64,000 nucleotides of DNA from Azolla caroliniana (GCA_043228905.1 JBHGNT010000007.1:15438001-15502000); one strand, 5' to 3'. Positions 23,354 to 37,330 are shown, counted from the first letter of the stretch. Program-made: numbers and translations. Notes: generated from the sequence alone by a model not told the origin.

Positions 23354-26281
23354 ATATATAGTATATATAATATTTGAAGCATTTGCCTCCACATTTGTCC
23401 CATGTCATGATACGTTGGCATTGCAAAAAGGCCTCATTTATAGAGGAATATAGTGATGCATCATGAAGCAAGTGTGTTGCATCTTATCTACCAAACCATT
23501 TTTCCATATCTTACATCCAACTAGAACACAAAATTTTGATTTTATGTGTCTTTTGGATCTTTTTGCTTGCTTCCCATGCAATTCTAGGAAGTTGATGTGA
23601 GGGAATTTTTTTAACCTTAAGCATGCATTCAACAACCCCTTTCCATGGCCATGATCTCAATGGGAAGTAATCTTGTCTCAAGGAGGAGGATGTATGGCAT
23701 TTGTTTCCTTAACTTGTAGAAACTTTGTAAGAAAATGTTTTTCGACATTTTCAAACTCTTTCCAAGTAGATTTAGGGATGTTATCATCACATAGTTTCAC
23801 CCCATAGAGTAGCATTGGGGTCATCAAAGTGTCGAAAAAGTATTTCTCGAGGACCCAACACTTAATAGATCCATAATTGCATGTGTTCTCAAATGCATAA
23901 TATGCTTTCTTTCCCGCCTCTAAGCGGCATGTAGCACATTCATTCCATCTATGATTTGAAGGGACTTCAAGTCCAAGATATTTGAAGATTTCCACACATT
24001 CAAGTGGCTCATTAGTGTACATAATACATGGTTTATCTTTTTTTTGGCTTGTGACACCTTATTTAGTATGCATGCAAATTTTTCCAATGCCTTCATAAGC
24101 TTTTACACATCTCCTAAAGTATTTGCAAAAAAGACTACATCATTCGCATATAACAAAAGCATAACGACAACATTCCCAATGGCAACTTCTTCAACACCTT
24201 CGTCCTTTACAAACTTGGCAACCATTTCTTCCAAGTCATCAATGCATAGATCAAATAGAGTTTGTTAGAGTGAGCATCATTGCTTGACACCAATAGTGTT
24301 ATTGAAAAAATCTAAAAGTATATCACTCATATGCACACAACATATACCTTCTCATAGATTCGGGAAATTGCAAGCATATATTCACGTGGCACCTCAAGTT
24401 CTTCCATTTGCCTCTAAATATGCCCACGAGGTACTATATCAAAAGCTTTCTTGAAGTCTTCGAATCAACAATATAAACATTTACCTCTAAGGTGACTTTC
24501 CTCCCTTAATACTCGAAGGGCAACAATGTCATCAATGGTGTTATGGTGTTTTTGAAAGCTAGCTTATCCATAAGCTCTCTTAGCATTTTTTTTTCAGCCT
24601 AGACACTTATCTTTGATTTCATTATACATCCATATAGTTTTTCCATTAGCGAGCCAACCATGATGGTTCGATAGTTGTTTACATTATTTACATCTCTACC
24701 TTTACATAAAGGTTTGATACAATTTGTAGTCCAATTGTATTGCATACCATGCTACAATGCATGATTAAGCATATCACTTATCCATGCATGTGCTTCCTTT
24801 CCCATCTATTTGTGCATTTCAACCTTTATACATTGAAGATCGTTTGCCTTTCAAGAGGCCAATTTCTTAAGTCCTATGCATATATCTTCAATTATTGTAA
24901 AGAAGGGAGACATATATGAAAGAGAATCATAACACATCATCTTTCCGGCAAGAGATAGCTCATATAAATTCTTTCAATGCATAGACAAGTCAAGAACAAT
25001 TAAGTCACCATAACTCTCAACACGTTTCCCCTTTAGATTTCCCCAAATTTTAGCACATGCATGTGTTTGGAAAAATTGTTTAGTAACTTCCCATATTCTT
25101 CTCTTTCTTTGAATAAGCATTTTGTACTCATGCAAATGCTTTTGGTAATTTTCTTTATCCTCGACTACATCCAAAATCATAAATCACTTTCAGGCTTCAT
25201 GGCATTCTTTATCAAACCATTTTTTCTTTGAACTACACTTCTTTGTGCATTTCCAAGATATGTGCTTGGTTGAAAAAAATTGTTTGTGCATAATAGAATG
25301 ATTTTTAAAAGCTTCCCATTTGCATTCTAATGTGGCATCATGTTATAACTTTGTCATTTGTAACATGTCCTCAACCATCTGCTCGTTTGAGGTTCATGCT
25401 CAAGTGCAATTGTTTATTATCTACAATGGCCTTCTCACAATCAAAGCTATGCCTACATTTGAGGTGACCAATACGTAAAGTCTTATGATCAAATTCCAAT
25501 GTCCATTCATCAAGTGAGAATTTACGTATAGAATCCAAAATACCTTCAGAAAGTAGTAGCATAGGCAATCCCACTATTTTCATTGTGTTTTCTACATGTA
25601 AATAGATTAGCGTTGGGTCATAAGGATACACCATTTTGCAAGAAACAATTCGGTACGAGTGTGCATTTGTAGGGGTAACTTCCCAAATTGGTTCGGATCT
25701 TTTTAATTGCTAGAAGAGAGGATATACATTTGTATATCCTCTTACATCCTTGAGATATGTGGCATGAAATATTGTTGTGCATCAATTTGGAAACTTCTTG
25801 TCTAAGCGTCCATGTCACCAAAGACAATAACGTCCCCTCTGGATTTGGAATAAGCAATATCATCTTCTAGATTGGCAAAAGGTTAATCTTTATCCAAACA
25901 AGCATAAAAGCTAAACTCTTGATGAGGAATATAACATCCAACTACAAAAGTGGGAAAATCATTAGGTGTTTCTATTTTGAGCCATATGTAGCATTTATGT
26001 TTATCATTTTTATAAATGATTGACACATATTCCTTTATTTCCTTCTTAATCAAACATGTCACCCCTCCTTGTCCTCTTAGTTGTTTTGGAGTTTTTGCCC
26101 ATTGTCAAATAGTGTACATTATAGTTTCCTAAACTTGAATCCTTTGAGTATCATGCTCCCATGTTTCAACAAGAAGTGTGATATCTAACTCATCAGCGAA
26201 CTCCTCTCTGCAAAATCCTGCATTCCATGGGTATTCATTGCAATTCCAAAAGCATATTCATAGAAGACGTGGATTAGTCTC

Positions 26282-26283
<2 letters not shown>

Positions 26284-26322
<39 letters not shown>

Positions 26323-26330
26323 AAGAAAGA
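26284..26330. repeat. (GA)n(GAAA)n microsatellite between two LINEs
   Basis: Read directly from the sequence. Confidence 0.95.
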
Positions 26331-29300
26331 TATATTAACGTCTTTTAAGGCCAAAATTGGCCCATGAGACAAATGGTTTACAACAAAATGGGATATTTAC
26401 CCATTCATCGAAAGTAAAAATAAAAATAAGATAAAAATAGAGTTTAAGCTAAATAGTTCTAAGAAAATAACAAAACTGTTCTATATAAAAAACATGTTCT
26501 ACAATGAAAATGATGTTAAACTAGGCTTAATTTCATTTCCCTCCAAGTCTCTTGAAGAGAATCGGGAGGTCAAAGGGTTGTGATGTGGATGTGGCCCATG
26601 GTCGCAATGTAAAAGATACCCCAACCATAGCTTCTAGTCGACGTAGCTCACGTTCCCTTATCTTCTTAATCTTTTCTACTCCACGTCGACTTGTTTTGAA
26701 ACCAAACATCCGAGGGCGTTTGGTTGTTCTTTGCATTTCTGCTTCCTCAAGGGAGAGGCCAAGCGGCGTAAGTGTATCCACATTCATCGTCTCCCCTTGT
26801 TCCTTAAAAATTACACTAGTTACATGTTGATGAATAGTAAAAGGGTTATGGTTAACACTTTGTAATTTATTCTCCCTATATTGTTTTAGTTCTAAGATAT
26901 ACCTACCTAGTCTCTTTACACTCAAGGTATCTAATAGTTTGGAGAGGGTGGGAGAGGGTCCTAATATGTCTTGGTATTCTGCCCGTATCTCGGCATAAGT
27001 TGGGCACTTGCATGTGAAGTGATACTCATCCTCTATCTCTATATGGCATAACCTACATAGCCTTTCCTCTCTAGGGACTCTATTAGCCCGACCATTCTCA
27101 ATCTCAAGTTGTTGATATGATATCCTAAGTTGTCCAATGGCCACCCTTACTGCATTTGATAAGAATGTATCTAGATATCTTGGTCGTGTAATAAAACCTA
27201 ACTTAGAGAAGTGCAAGAAGTGTTCCTTATAGTACAACATTTTCGATGGGAGTGGCCCTAGTGGGGTGATCCATTTATATCGAGTGTAAATTTGCCATAT
27301 TTCTTGGCGTATCACTTTATTACGATCTTCATGAGAGATTAGAGTTTGACCAGTCCCATGGTTGTACTTAAGGGGAGGTAGGTTATTAATGTCTATGTCA
27401 TTTACAAGTAACCAACTCACCACAATGCTATACCAAGAGTTGGTGCCTCCAGACACATGTAGGGATCAGGATGCCTCAAAGGCTCGACGAGATATCCTAT
27501 CTTGTGGTTGACTATGTATCCGTTGAATAAAAACTACCACTTGAAAGAGTGCTTCCACTAACATCAGGGGTAGAGTGAACTCTTCTCTATTAATGTCATG
27601 TGGTATTGTTGATTTGCTTTGGAGTTGATGTGATAACATCGTCACCAAAGGTCTCTCTAATTGTGTCCACATGAAAGATGGTAGACCTAGAGCCCATACT
27701 ACTGATGCATACATGAGGGAAGGGGTCACTAATGAGTCGAAGAGCCATCCCTTAGTCCGTGACTCTTGAAAGTATGCCTGGTGGCATTGTCTCTCTAAGA
27801 GTGAGAGGGATGCATACCCTCTTGTTAGCCTATCTTTGGTTGCCTGGGTCATCGAGAATTTACCTGAGCAAGAACTAAAAGTGACTCCCAAGTATACATA
27901 TGATCCCACGACCTCAACTAGTTTATGAGAGAGGATTAGGTGACATTTACTCCTAACTCGGGACGATGTATGAAAGATAAGGAATTTAGTTTTCGTTAGA
28001 TTCACTACTAGTCCTAGTTGTGTACAAAAGTCATCTAAGGCATTAAGATGCTTTTGTAGGTCGTGTTCCGACTCCGAGAGCAAGACAATTTCGTTTGCGT
28101 AGAGTAAGAGACTAACTTGCGTATCCCCAATAGCTACTCCCTTGCCTCATTTACGAGCAATAAAATCATTGATCTCATCAATGTAGATCCCAAAAAGAGT
28201 CAGTGATAGGGGAAAACCCTCTTTTACACCAATGGTGCTAGTGAAACAATCGGATAGGCCACCTGGGCATCTTACGCACTCAGAGACTTGCTCATATAGG
28301 GCATAAATGGCCCAGATCATGTCACTTGGTATCTCCAAGCTCTTAAGTTTATCAAACAACCTCTCCCTAGGAATTGTGTCAAAGGCTTTACGGAAGTCCA
28401 CAAAGCAACAATATAGTTTCTTCTTACGAGCCTTCGTCTAGTCAATTAAGCACCTAAGTGTGAAGATATGGTCAATAGTGGAGAAGGCTCATCTAAAGCC
28501 AACCTTCTCATTCTCAAGTGCTCGAAGGCTTAATGTTTCCATATAATTACTGAGCTCCGCTTCCAATACTGCACCTTATAGTTTAGGGAGCGTATGACCT
28601 ATCATAATGGTCCTATATGTATTTGGGTCCATTGGGTCCCCTCCTTTATGTATAGGGGCCACTGTGTTCATGGCCCATTGTGGTGGAACACCCTCGGCGA
28701 GGGCGCGGTTGAAGATTAGAGTGAGAAGGGGGGCTAGGCACTCTCGAGCATATATGATGTGCTCGGTTCGCAATCCTGTGTGGTCCATGGATTTCCTATG
28801 TTGTAATTTTTTTATGACCTTCGTGACCCTAGAGGTCGTGAAAAGTGTCCCCATGGTAGGTCGAGGTGTGGAAGGCATTGGATGGGTGGTTGGTACGGGA
28901 CATGGTAGAGTCTCTCGATATATGTGTGCCAAATATTGGGATCCTCGATGAGTGTTTGTGGTCTCGGTTCCCGTAGTCTCTTCCATGCAAGGGCGCAATC
29001 CCTACTCATGAACATATGGTAGAGTTCCCAATATTGAGATGCTTCCCAAGATCGTCTTTTATGACGTGTCATCTTGCACATCTCTTTGCGAGCCTGTACT
29101 AAGGAAATAGTGCGACTAAGTCACAACACTTTAAGTTGTCTATACAACTCTCTACAATCCTCATCATACCACTTGTTTTGTGGCATAGACCCTATTCTAC
29201 TATGACCGGAGTCTTTCATGTATGGGAAGCTACTAATTGCTACTGAGTGAAGGATGTGTGAGAGTTCTGTAGTGAGGTTCTCTAAAGGTAAGAAAGAATC

Positions 29301-31110
29301 AAAAGAGGAGAGATGGGCTTGAACATGTTGAGAGTAGATGCCAACGAGCTCACACGTGAAGTGTATTATGGTGTGATGGTTTGGTTGACTAGAGTTGGTG
29401 GCGTGGGAATTGTCACATTTTAGCTCAAAGTATAGGAAGCTATGCTCTCCACCAATGGGGCATGGGGCCACCCAGAAGGAGTTAACCATGTGGGTAGCTT
29501 TAGGGCGTCCTATTAGGTAATCAACTGTGCTTTCCCCTCCTCCATGTGGAAAACATGTGAGCTCTTCCGAGCCCGGCCACTTGGCTAAGCCATTATATAT
29601 GATCATCTGACGGGCTTTTGGGTCTGTCTTTAGTATTTCTATCATATTATGTATCTCTCTTCGAAATAATATCACAACCCCTCCAGACCCTCTAGTAGTG
29701 TGTCCACGTGAGGTTTGTCTAAAGACAGATTCCCAACGAAAACCGTCAACTTGTGGCAGATCTCGATTTGGACTCTGATGTGTTTCTACTAAAAACAGTA
29801 TATCAGATACCCTCAAAATCTCCTCTAGAAGGCCAGGTTGTGTCCAAAGTGCACCGTTATAGTTCCATAAAGTCATCCTAAGTTTATTAAATGTCACATG
29901 GGCCACACTCCGTCAATTGGCGGCGCAATCATTTATTATCACACGTCCGTCTTGGTAGAAAGCACGCCCCTCTTTACGAGCTTGTATGAGTCATGGCATA
30001 CAAGTTTTACGATGCTCAATTTGCATCTTGGTCAAGTCTTCATCGAGGTAGATAGGGTCCCTGCCCAATCCTCGAAGAATTGGTCTCTTTTTAAAAAAGG
30101 CAATTCTAGATTCTGAGTCCTTAAACTAAAGGACTAAAGCTCTTTTCCTAGTGGTGTCACGTCCTACCTTCCAAGTTTTAGTGATTGGTTGGGCTTCATA
30201 CCCCAACATTTTTCCTAATGTTTGTGCATCTGTGTCGGGAGATGCCCCTTCCTTGAGCCTAATAACTCGTACATTTAGGCGTCGAGCTTGATGCATTTTT
30301 TCCTCCTCAAGGGTAGAGTTTACAATGTTTTCATCCTTTAGTTCTTTTTTAATATTGTGTTTTACTACGTCAACCCACCCAGTTTTTGCTAATTCCATAT
30401 CGCTTTTAACCTCTTCCTTAACCTTTTTTATCTCGTCCTTAATATCCTCTAGGGAAGATATTTCACCATCTTCCCTAGATGTCTCAAGCTCCTTAATTTG
30501 TTTTTGAAGGTTCACGTTGGCTACTTTAAGTTTCGCCACTTCAGCAACAAGCAGTTCTCTTTCTTCCTTATCTTTTTGTTTTTTGGCTTCAATCTCTTTC
30601 GCCCATTTTTCTATTTTAACTAATCGATTAAGGACATCTAAAAATTCCTCCTTACTTATAATTTCTTCATGTGTTTCCTTATGGTTTCGTCTAGAAGTCA
30701 TGTTGTAATTCAAAAGATAGAAGAAAGAAAAGACAAAAAAGACAAAAAAACTTAGTCAAGCATCGATGCCTTGCGCGTTGGGTATGAGTGTAGAAGCACA
30801 TGTGTGCTCTCTCGTTTACTCAACCGATGACGTCGTCAGAAGCGTAGGTGATAGCGGCGACCGACAACAACGACAGTGGCAACGACTACACACGACAGTG
30901 ACGGCGACGGCGACGGCCAAGAACCAACAACGGTAGATGAAGACTACAGTGATAGTGGCCAACGGCCAACAGCGACAATCGCCAGACGGTGGCGACAGCG
31001 GCAACTGACGGTGGTGACAACAGCAACAGACAGCGGTAGCAGGCGATGGCGACAACGGCAACAGACAGTGGTTGCAAACGACGGCGACGGCGATGGCAAC
31101 GGCAACGGTA
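26320..31110 (-). mobile_element. Near full-length two-ORF LINE (RTE-X/L2-like), mutated
   Basis: ORF1 30126-30713 (coiled coil, then RRLNVRVIRLKE). ORF2: APE 29121-29906 (LWNYNG, DILFLVET, STVDYLI; core apparently deleted in frame), RT 27466-28998 (VDFRKAFDTI, GVKEGFPLS, YVYLGV), C-terminus 26533-27456 (LEIENGR..REERLCRLC..EDEYHFTCKC). The GC-rich stretch 30820-31110 is the putative 5' UTR, so the 5' boundary is uncertain. Confidence 0.88.
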
Positions 31111-31300
31111 GAGACAGACAGACAGACAGAGAGAGACAGAGACAGAGAAGATTTTATTATTGTCTTCAAATGTAAAATATGACCAATGAGACAAAAAATA
31201 TAACATTTTCAAATGACACATGTAAGGTGAGTAGCAACTCTCGATGCTCTAGGTGATGGCAAACTTCGACAATACATATCTTGATATCCCTAGTCCCAAC
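31110..31300 (-). mobile_element. Short 3'-terminal LINE fragment with (GA/GACA)n tail
   Basis: 31150-31250 is homologous to the LINE 3' ends at 17530-17620 and 38424-38525. Confidence 0.7.
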
Positions 31301-31668
31301 ATCCAAGCAACCATCCACATGTTGTAGCTTCTCTGGATTCTCCTCAATGCCTCCCCTGCACCCTAATTTCACTGCTACGACCATCCTACCTAGAGTCTTG
31401 TGTTCAATCTCAATAAAGTTAGCCTATGGATGTGTGTCAACATCTTACCCTCCACCTACCAATGTAATTTTGAAACGATGTTTGACACATGATTCACACC
31501 CACCTATGTTAGTTTCAACTTACACCCTAACTATTTGCTTACTACATTGTTCACAATTAGCTAGCGAGCAACATAAAAGAATTCCTCATTGTAACCCCTT
31601 TCAACATCCAACGCCTCCATTGCCGCCTTTGACATCCTTCCAATTGCACACAAAGCCCCCGTACTCCA

Positions 31669-32226
31669 TGTTGAGAAATCAGTCTCTCCGGATGGGATCC
31701 GGTGATGAATGAAGAGGACCCGGTGAGAACCGGAAGAGATCCGGAAACCGAAGGAGACCAGGTGAGAACCGGAAGAGAGACATATCTGTAAATATGTTTT
31801 TGAGTAAGCCGATTGAGGCTATATTTGTAAAAAGCCCTAAGTTCATATAAGTATAAATATGACTTAGGGCAATCACTTTATGTATAACGCAGTTGTTGTT
31901 GTTGTTGATATATATTATTGCATAGAGAGAGAGAGCGACAGAGCGAGAGTGTGAGATACAGAGAAATACTTTGTTGTAACTGCCGATTGGCGAAGAAACA
32001 GAGTTTGAGGTCGTTGCCTCTGAGTCTCTGATCGTACCCTCTTTTCTTCATAGTGATAGTTGGAGTTTGTGTGCTCCCGTGGTTTTTTCCCATTCAAAGT
32101 TTTCCACGTAAAAATCCTGTGTACTCTCTTTTGTGTGTACGTCTATTCCCATTCCTATGTTGCACTCTTATCAAAGTGATTCAAGACTCAGTTGTGGCCA
32201 AGCAGTATTCCGAGCTATTCCTCTCA
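31669..32226 (+). mobile_element. Solo LTR, Copia-like (558 bp)
   Basis: TGTTGAG...CTCTCA termini, perfect TSD CTCCA (31664-31668, 32227-32231), TATAAAT at ~31853, U5-type motif CCCGTGGTTTTTT...TTTTCCACGTAAA. Confidence 0.82.
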
Positions 32227-33197
32227 CTCCATAGTCCTTGCCATCAACTTCCTCCCTTTCCCAATCACCACCCCACCCTCACCTAGACCCAGTCCAACAC
32301 CATTCGCCCATGCTTCACTCCTAATGTCATGCATCTAGGAGTGTGCACTTATTAGGTTGGGAGGGATATTAAATACCTATAATCCAAGAAGAGAACCATG
32401 AAGACATTGGCACCAGAATACATAGGAAGCTCAAAGGAACACTAAAAAAAGGGGAATAGGGTAAATCTCACCCAAAACTAGAGGGAAAATGGCCACTCTA
32501 ATATGAAAGAGGCCCAACCCCATTGTAAACAGTTACAACACTCCTTATTTGTTTTCTCCTTTCACATAGTCTTATTTAGAGTTCTGCTTACATCTCCTCA
32601 ATCTTTCACTTGAGTTTAAGAGTTATTAAGATTAAGCGCTAATTAGTCAAACCCTAATTACTCTACCTCTTGTATGTGCACCATATATTTTCTTTATAGT
32701 GGAAATGGTAATCATCTTTCTTTTATACTTGTCTTGTTTAAATATATGCCTAATTGTAATAATCTATAAGAGAGAGAGTTCATGGTTTGGAGGTGTATCA
32801 ATTTAGTGTGGATACCTTTAACTGGAGTAAGCATATCTTCATTCAATCAGGTTTTTGCACATATGTAGAATAGTGAACCGATGCCCCATTTCCAAATTGG
32901 GGGCTATGGTTAAATTGGAATATGTGGAATGCCTTCACATTAGATTTGCAAGTTGGGGTGAGAAAATTAAAAGGAATTCTTTTGTGGCAATTGACAATGC
33001 TAGAGAAGTCGCAAAATCTCAACCATGAAGAGAGAGAACTCTTCAAGGTCACATATCAATATTCGACATTTGAATTGGTGTGTAGGGTGGGATTGAGGTT
33101 GTAGTCGTAGTAGTATTTAGATCCCTAGAAGGGTTCTATACCTTGTTATAAGTTCGTAATGGTGGTATGTTTTTCTTTCATAATTAAATCCATTACT

Positions 33198-33201
<4 letters not shown>

Positions 33202-33290
<89 letters not shown>
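33202..33290. repeat. Compound (GA)n(GT)n microsatellite
   Basis: Read directly from the sequence. Confidence 0.95.
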
Positions 33291-33293
<3 letters not shown>

Positions 33294-33380
33294 TATTGAG
33301 ATTAGGGTTGGGAAACTAAAGGCTCGAGTATTATTGACAGCCATTCTCACCTAGTTCTCTACTAATAGGGTAATTGAAGT

Positions 33381-36300
33381 TGTAATGTGGCAAAAGCATA
33401 GGAATTAAGTTAAACTAGGAATATTGTGGTATTACCATGAACCTTAACCAAGGTCCTACCTAACCAGGGTCACATTGACCGTACCTAAATCAGGGCTCAA
33501 TCAACTCCCCGTAATTAGGGCAACTCCCCATAACTGATGGGAGCAGGAAAACACCCGCCAGGCTACATGCCTATAAGATGTAAACTCCAACTTAAGGGAA
33601 TGGGGGATTAATCGATTATTCAGAGCACTTCACATCCTAGTGGAGAAGACGGGCATAGCAGCCCCATCTCACGACCCCAACAGCACATGCCATGATGCAG
33701 CACGACAACAACATCGGCAACACAAACTCCATGAGTCCAGAATTCTTGCAGCAACAAACTCAAGAACATCAACACTCATCGCCAATCGACCAACTAGTTC
33801 AGGCAATTTCTAGTATTATTTTACAAGTTAATCATACTAACCAAGCCATGTTGTCATTCCTCTCAGCACGATCCGAGCCACACAAGAATCATTTTCCGGC
33901 CTACCATCAGAGGACATCCTCTCTTGGCTGGATCATTTCGACATGGTGGCCAGTTACCACCAGTGGCCACACCCACGAAAGGCAATGGAAATGAAGACAC
34001 TCCTTGAGAATATTGCAACAACATGGCTCGTGCAACAACCCGAGGAGACACGCAATGACTAGAACCTGTTACGAGCAGCCATGATTCAGAATTTCACACA
34101 TCAAGACTCCCATCAAACAATCCTACAACAACTCGAATCAATCACCCAATAGCCACGCAAACCCATCACCCAGTTCGTAGTTCGGTTTTTGAAGATCCTA
34201 CGGCGGGCTGACCCCAACATGTCAGAAGACATGAAGTTGTTTTTCTTCTGGTCGTGCATCCGGCACGACCTCCGCCGTCGTGTACGCAATCAAGGCCCGA
34301 AGACACTACACGAAGCCATCCTCACCACCCAACGTATGGAAGTTGCATATGCACACGACCTACACACACCAAGTAATCTCAATCACGATCATACAAGCAC
34401 TACAACAATGGCCACTCCCATGGACATTGACGTCCAGAACATGCAATTATGCACCACGCGTGCCTTGCCCGAACGAGACAACCGAGGACGTCCCAAATGT
34501 TTCTACTGCAACAACTACGGCCACATCTAGCGTCACTGCAGGAAGTGGCAAAACCAACAACAGAAGCAGAACGTCCAATTAGCCGATGCTGCCTCTCTGA
34601 GCTGCCGAAAAACTAATCCGCGGGGTGTCGTAGGGAGAACCGCCCCCGTACGTCCATGCCTACACGTCATCAACTTCTCCCGTCTGTACCATGATCACCC
34701 ACCTCCAACACACAACCCAAGAAGTGCTCCTTGACTCTGGTGGTAGCATCTCTTCCATCAACACAGACTTAGTAGCCCAGCTGCAACTTCCCACGAACCA
34801 CGCATCACCCATTAAAATCCTCTTCGGCGACTGGCAACGACTATACCACTCACATACACAAGTCACATGCATGCTCACCATCAGTTTCTCCCAGATCGAG
34901 CATTGTTTCTATGTCCTCCCCCGACAGTTGTTCCCAATCACTCTAGGCTACGATTGGTTCCTTAGCAATTGATCTTGTCTCAATTTCTCCTCACGGCAGC
35001 TCATCCTCCCAAATCACCTTCCAGTCATGCTCTTCACCAACTTGCGAGATACCACCCACATCAGCAACGCATAATGCCTGGTATCACCGACGGAGCACCT
35101 CCACGACATCAAACGACTCCTATCTACTTTTCCCTCCTTGTCTACAACACCTGCACAGCCTCCCTCCGTCTGTTTTCCAATCCACCACATGATACCTACA
35201 GGCAACACTCGCCCCATCAGTGTAGCCCCCTAGCGTCGCTCCCCTCTCAACCACGAGCGCGTCGACAATGCTATCAAAACTATGTTGCAACAAGGAATCA
35301 TCACACCCTCTAAGAGCAAGTGGATCTCGGAGCCACACATGGTAAAAAAAGGGGACGGATCTTACCGTTTCTGTGTTGATTTCCAACAACTCAACCACGT
35401 CACCACCCATGACCGATATCCTCTCCCTCGTATCAATGACCTCCTCGACTAGCTTGGCAAATCAAAGTACTTCTCCTCCCTCGATTTGTCCTTGGGATAT
35501 TAGCAGATCCCCATGAACCCCGAAGATACCCACAAAATTGCATTCCGCACCAGGAAAGGGATCTTTCAGTTCACACGGATGCCCTTCGGCCTATCCGACG
35601 TTGGGAGCACATTCCAGCGAATGGCTAACTCCATCTTTAACGATCTCATCACTCGCCACGTCGTCATCGTCTATCTAAACGATATTCTGATACATACAAG
35701 CACCTGGGCGGAACACCTCCAAGTCCTTTAAGAGGTCCTAACTTGTGTTCAGCACTATTGATTGTAACTGCAATGAAAGAAGTGTTGTTGGGGTAGTACA
35801 CACCTTCACTTCCTCGGGTACGTCATCTCCTCCGACGGAATACAAATGGACCTAGAGAAGACGGAAGCAGTCCAAAAATTCCCACACCCCACCACAATCA
35901 AGCAACTTCAACACTTCCTCAGCCTCCTCACATTCTCTCTCCGCTTCATCCCATGGCTACCCGACCTATCGGCTCCACTGCGCACACTCTTACAAAAAGA
36001 CACACCTTTTCTATGGACCAACGCCTGCAAATCCAACGTCCTCCAGCTCAAGCAAACACTCCAAGCCTCTAACCTTTTGGCACACCCTAATTTCACGAAA
36101 CCTTTTCATCTGCAAACAAATGCCTCCAACGTCAGCCTCGGTGCGGTCCTGCTACAATTCGACGACAACGCCCAATCACCTACATAAGTCGATCACTTAC
36201 CAAAGCCGAGGAGAATTACTCGACAACCGAAAAAGAGTTGCTCGCCATCATTTGGGCATTTCACCATTTCCACCTATATCTACACGGATCAACCACATCA

Positions 36301-37330
36301 GTCGAAACCGACCATCAACCATTACTCTCCCTCATACAGAAGGCTCACCCACCCGGTTGCTTACTCCGATGGGCTTTGGCGTTGCAGGATTACACGTTCA
36401 CTTTGTAGTATCGTTGCGGTCCCCAGAACATTGTCGTTGATGGATTATCCCACATATCACTTTAGGCGAACTAGGGCGCCTCCTACACAACCAATTTCCC
36501 CATATCCCCATCCCAGATGGCGAGCATGCAACAACACGACAAGAAGATCCAAGACATCTGCCACCGCCTACGGGCCAAGCCTACATCATCCCTCACTAAG
36601 CAATTCATGATCCAAGATAATGTCCTACTTTTTTTCTAGGAAGGCAAGGAACCCCGAGTCTACGTGCCTTAGCAACTATGCATGTCTTACCTTCATTTCT
36701 TCCACGACCACCCGCTATCCGGCCACTTGGGTTTCCACAAGGTGCTAGACAAAATCCGTTGTAGATTCTATTGGTCGGGGCTACGCCATGAGGTCGCCTC
36801 CTACATCAAAGCATGCAACTCATGTCAGGCCATCAAATCACCTCAAGTGGCTCAAGGCCTCTTACATCCGATACAGGTTCAAGCTCCATTTGAAATCGTC
36901 AGATGGGACATTTTGAGCCCCTTCCCCGAATCACAAGAAGGGAACAAGGTCATCCTCGTCATAACTGAGTATTTGACACGTTGGGCTGAGACAGTCACCA
37001 TCCCAAATGCAAAGGCTACAACCATTGCCACCAAACTCTTGGAGAAAATTAGCTTTCCCCACGGCTGCCCACTCCAAATCTTGTCTGATCGGGGACCCCA
37101 ATTCAATAGCGAGCTCCTACGTCTTGTTTGTGCACAATTAGGAATCCAACAATTATTTACGTCACCCTACCACCCCCAAACAAATTATTGACAGAGCGCC
37201 TCAATCAAACCTTAAAGCAGCAAATCTCAGCCTACATTGATCCTTTGCACTCGACCTGGGACCAGATCTTGCCCTTTGTTACACATGCCTACAACACAGT
37301 TGTGCAAGCCTCCACCCACATTAGCCCCGT
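33381..37330 (+). mobile_element. Decayed Ty3/Gypsy element, 3'-truncated
   Basis: Putative 5' LTR 33381-33634; PBS-like TAGTGGAGAAGACGGGCA at 33638-33655; gag with TPMDID and CFYCNNYGHI*RHC; protease LLDSGGSISSI; RT MPFGLS...YLNDILI; RNase H LQTNASNVSLGAVL; integrase HDHPLSGHLG..CNSCQ, ILSDRGPQF, SPYHPQTN. Many stops; no 3' LTR. Confidence 0.9.

Larger units (their letters stand above)
17520..26283 (-). mobile_element. Decayed LINE (RTE-X/L2-like) ORF2, interrupted by a Copia and a solo LTR
   Basis: APE start CFWNCNEYPW...DITLLVETWE at ~26160-26255; RT motifs at 23678-24700 (LLYANDVV, FKYLGLEV, LLYGVKL); C-terminal EFEYHTLIQCSTFDHIR at 17555-17851; 3' end next to GAGA/GATA repeats at ~17506-17530. 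Confidence 0.82.

Noticed and set aside
30816-31221. Overlapping low-complexity ORFs on both strands
   Set aside because: They are products of the GC-rich hexamer array; there is no domain signal.
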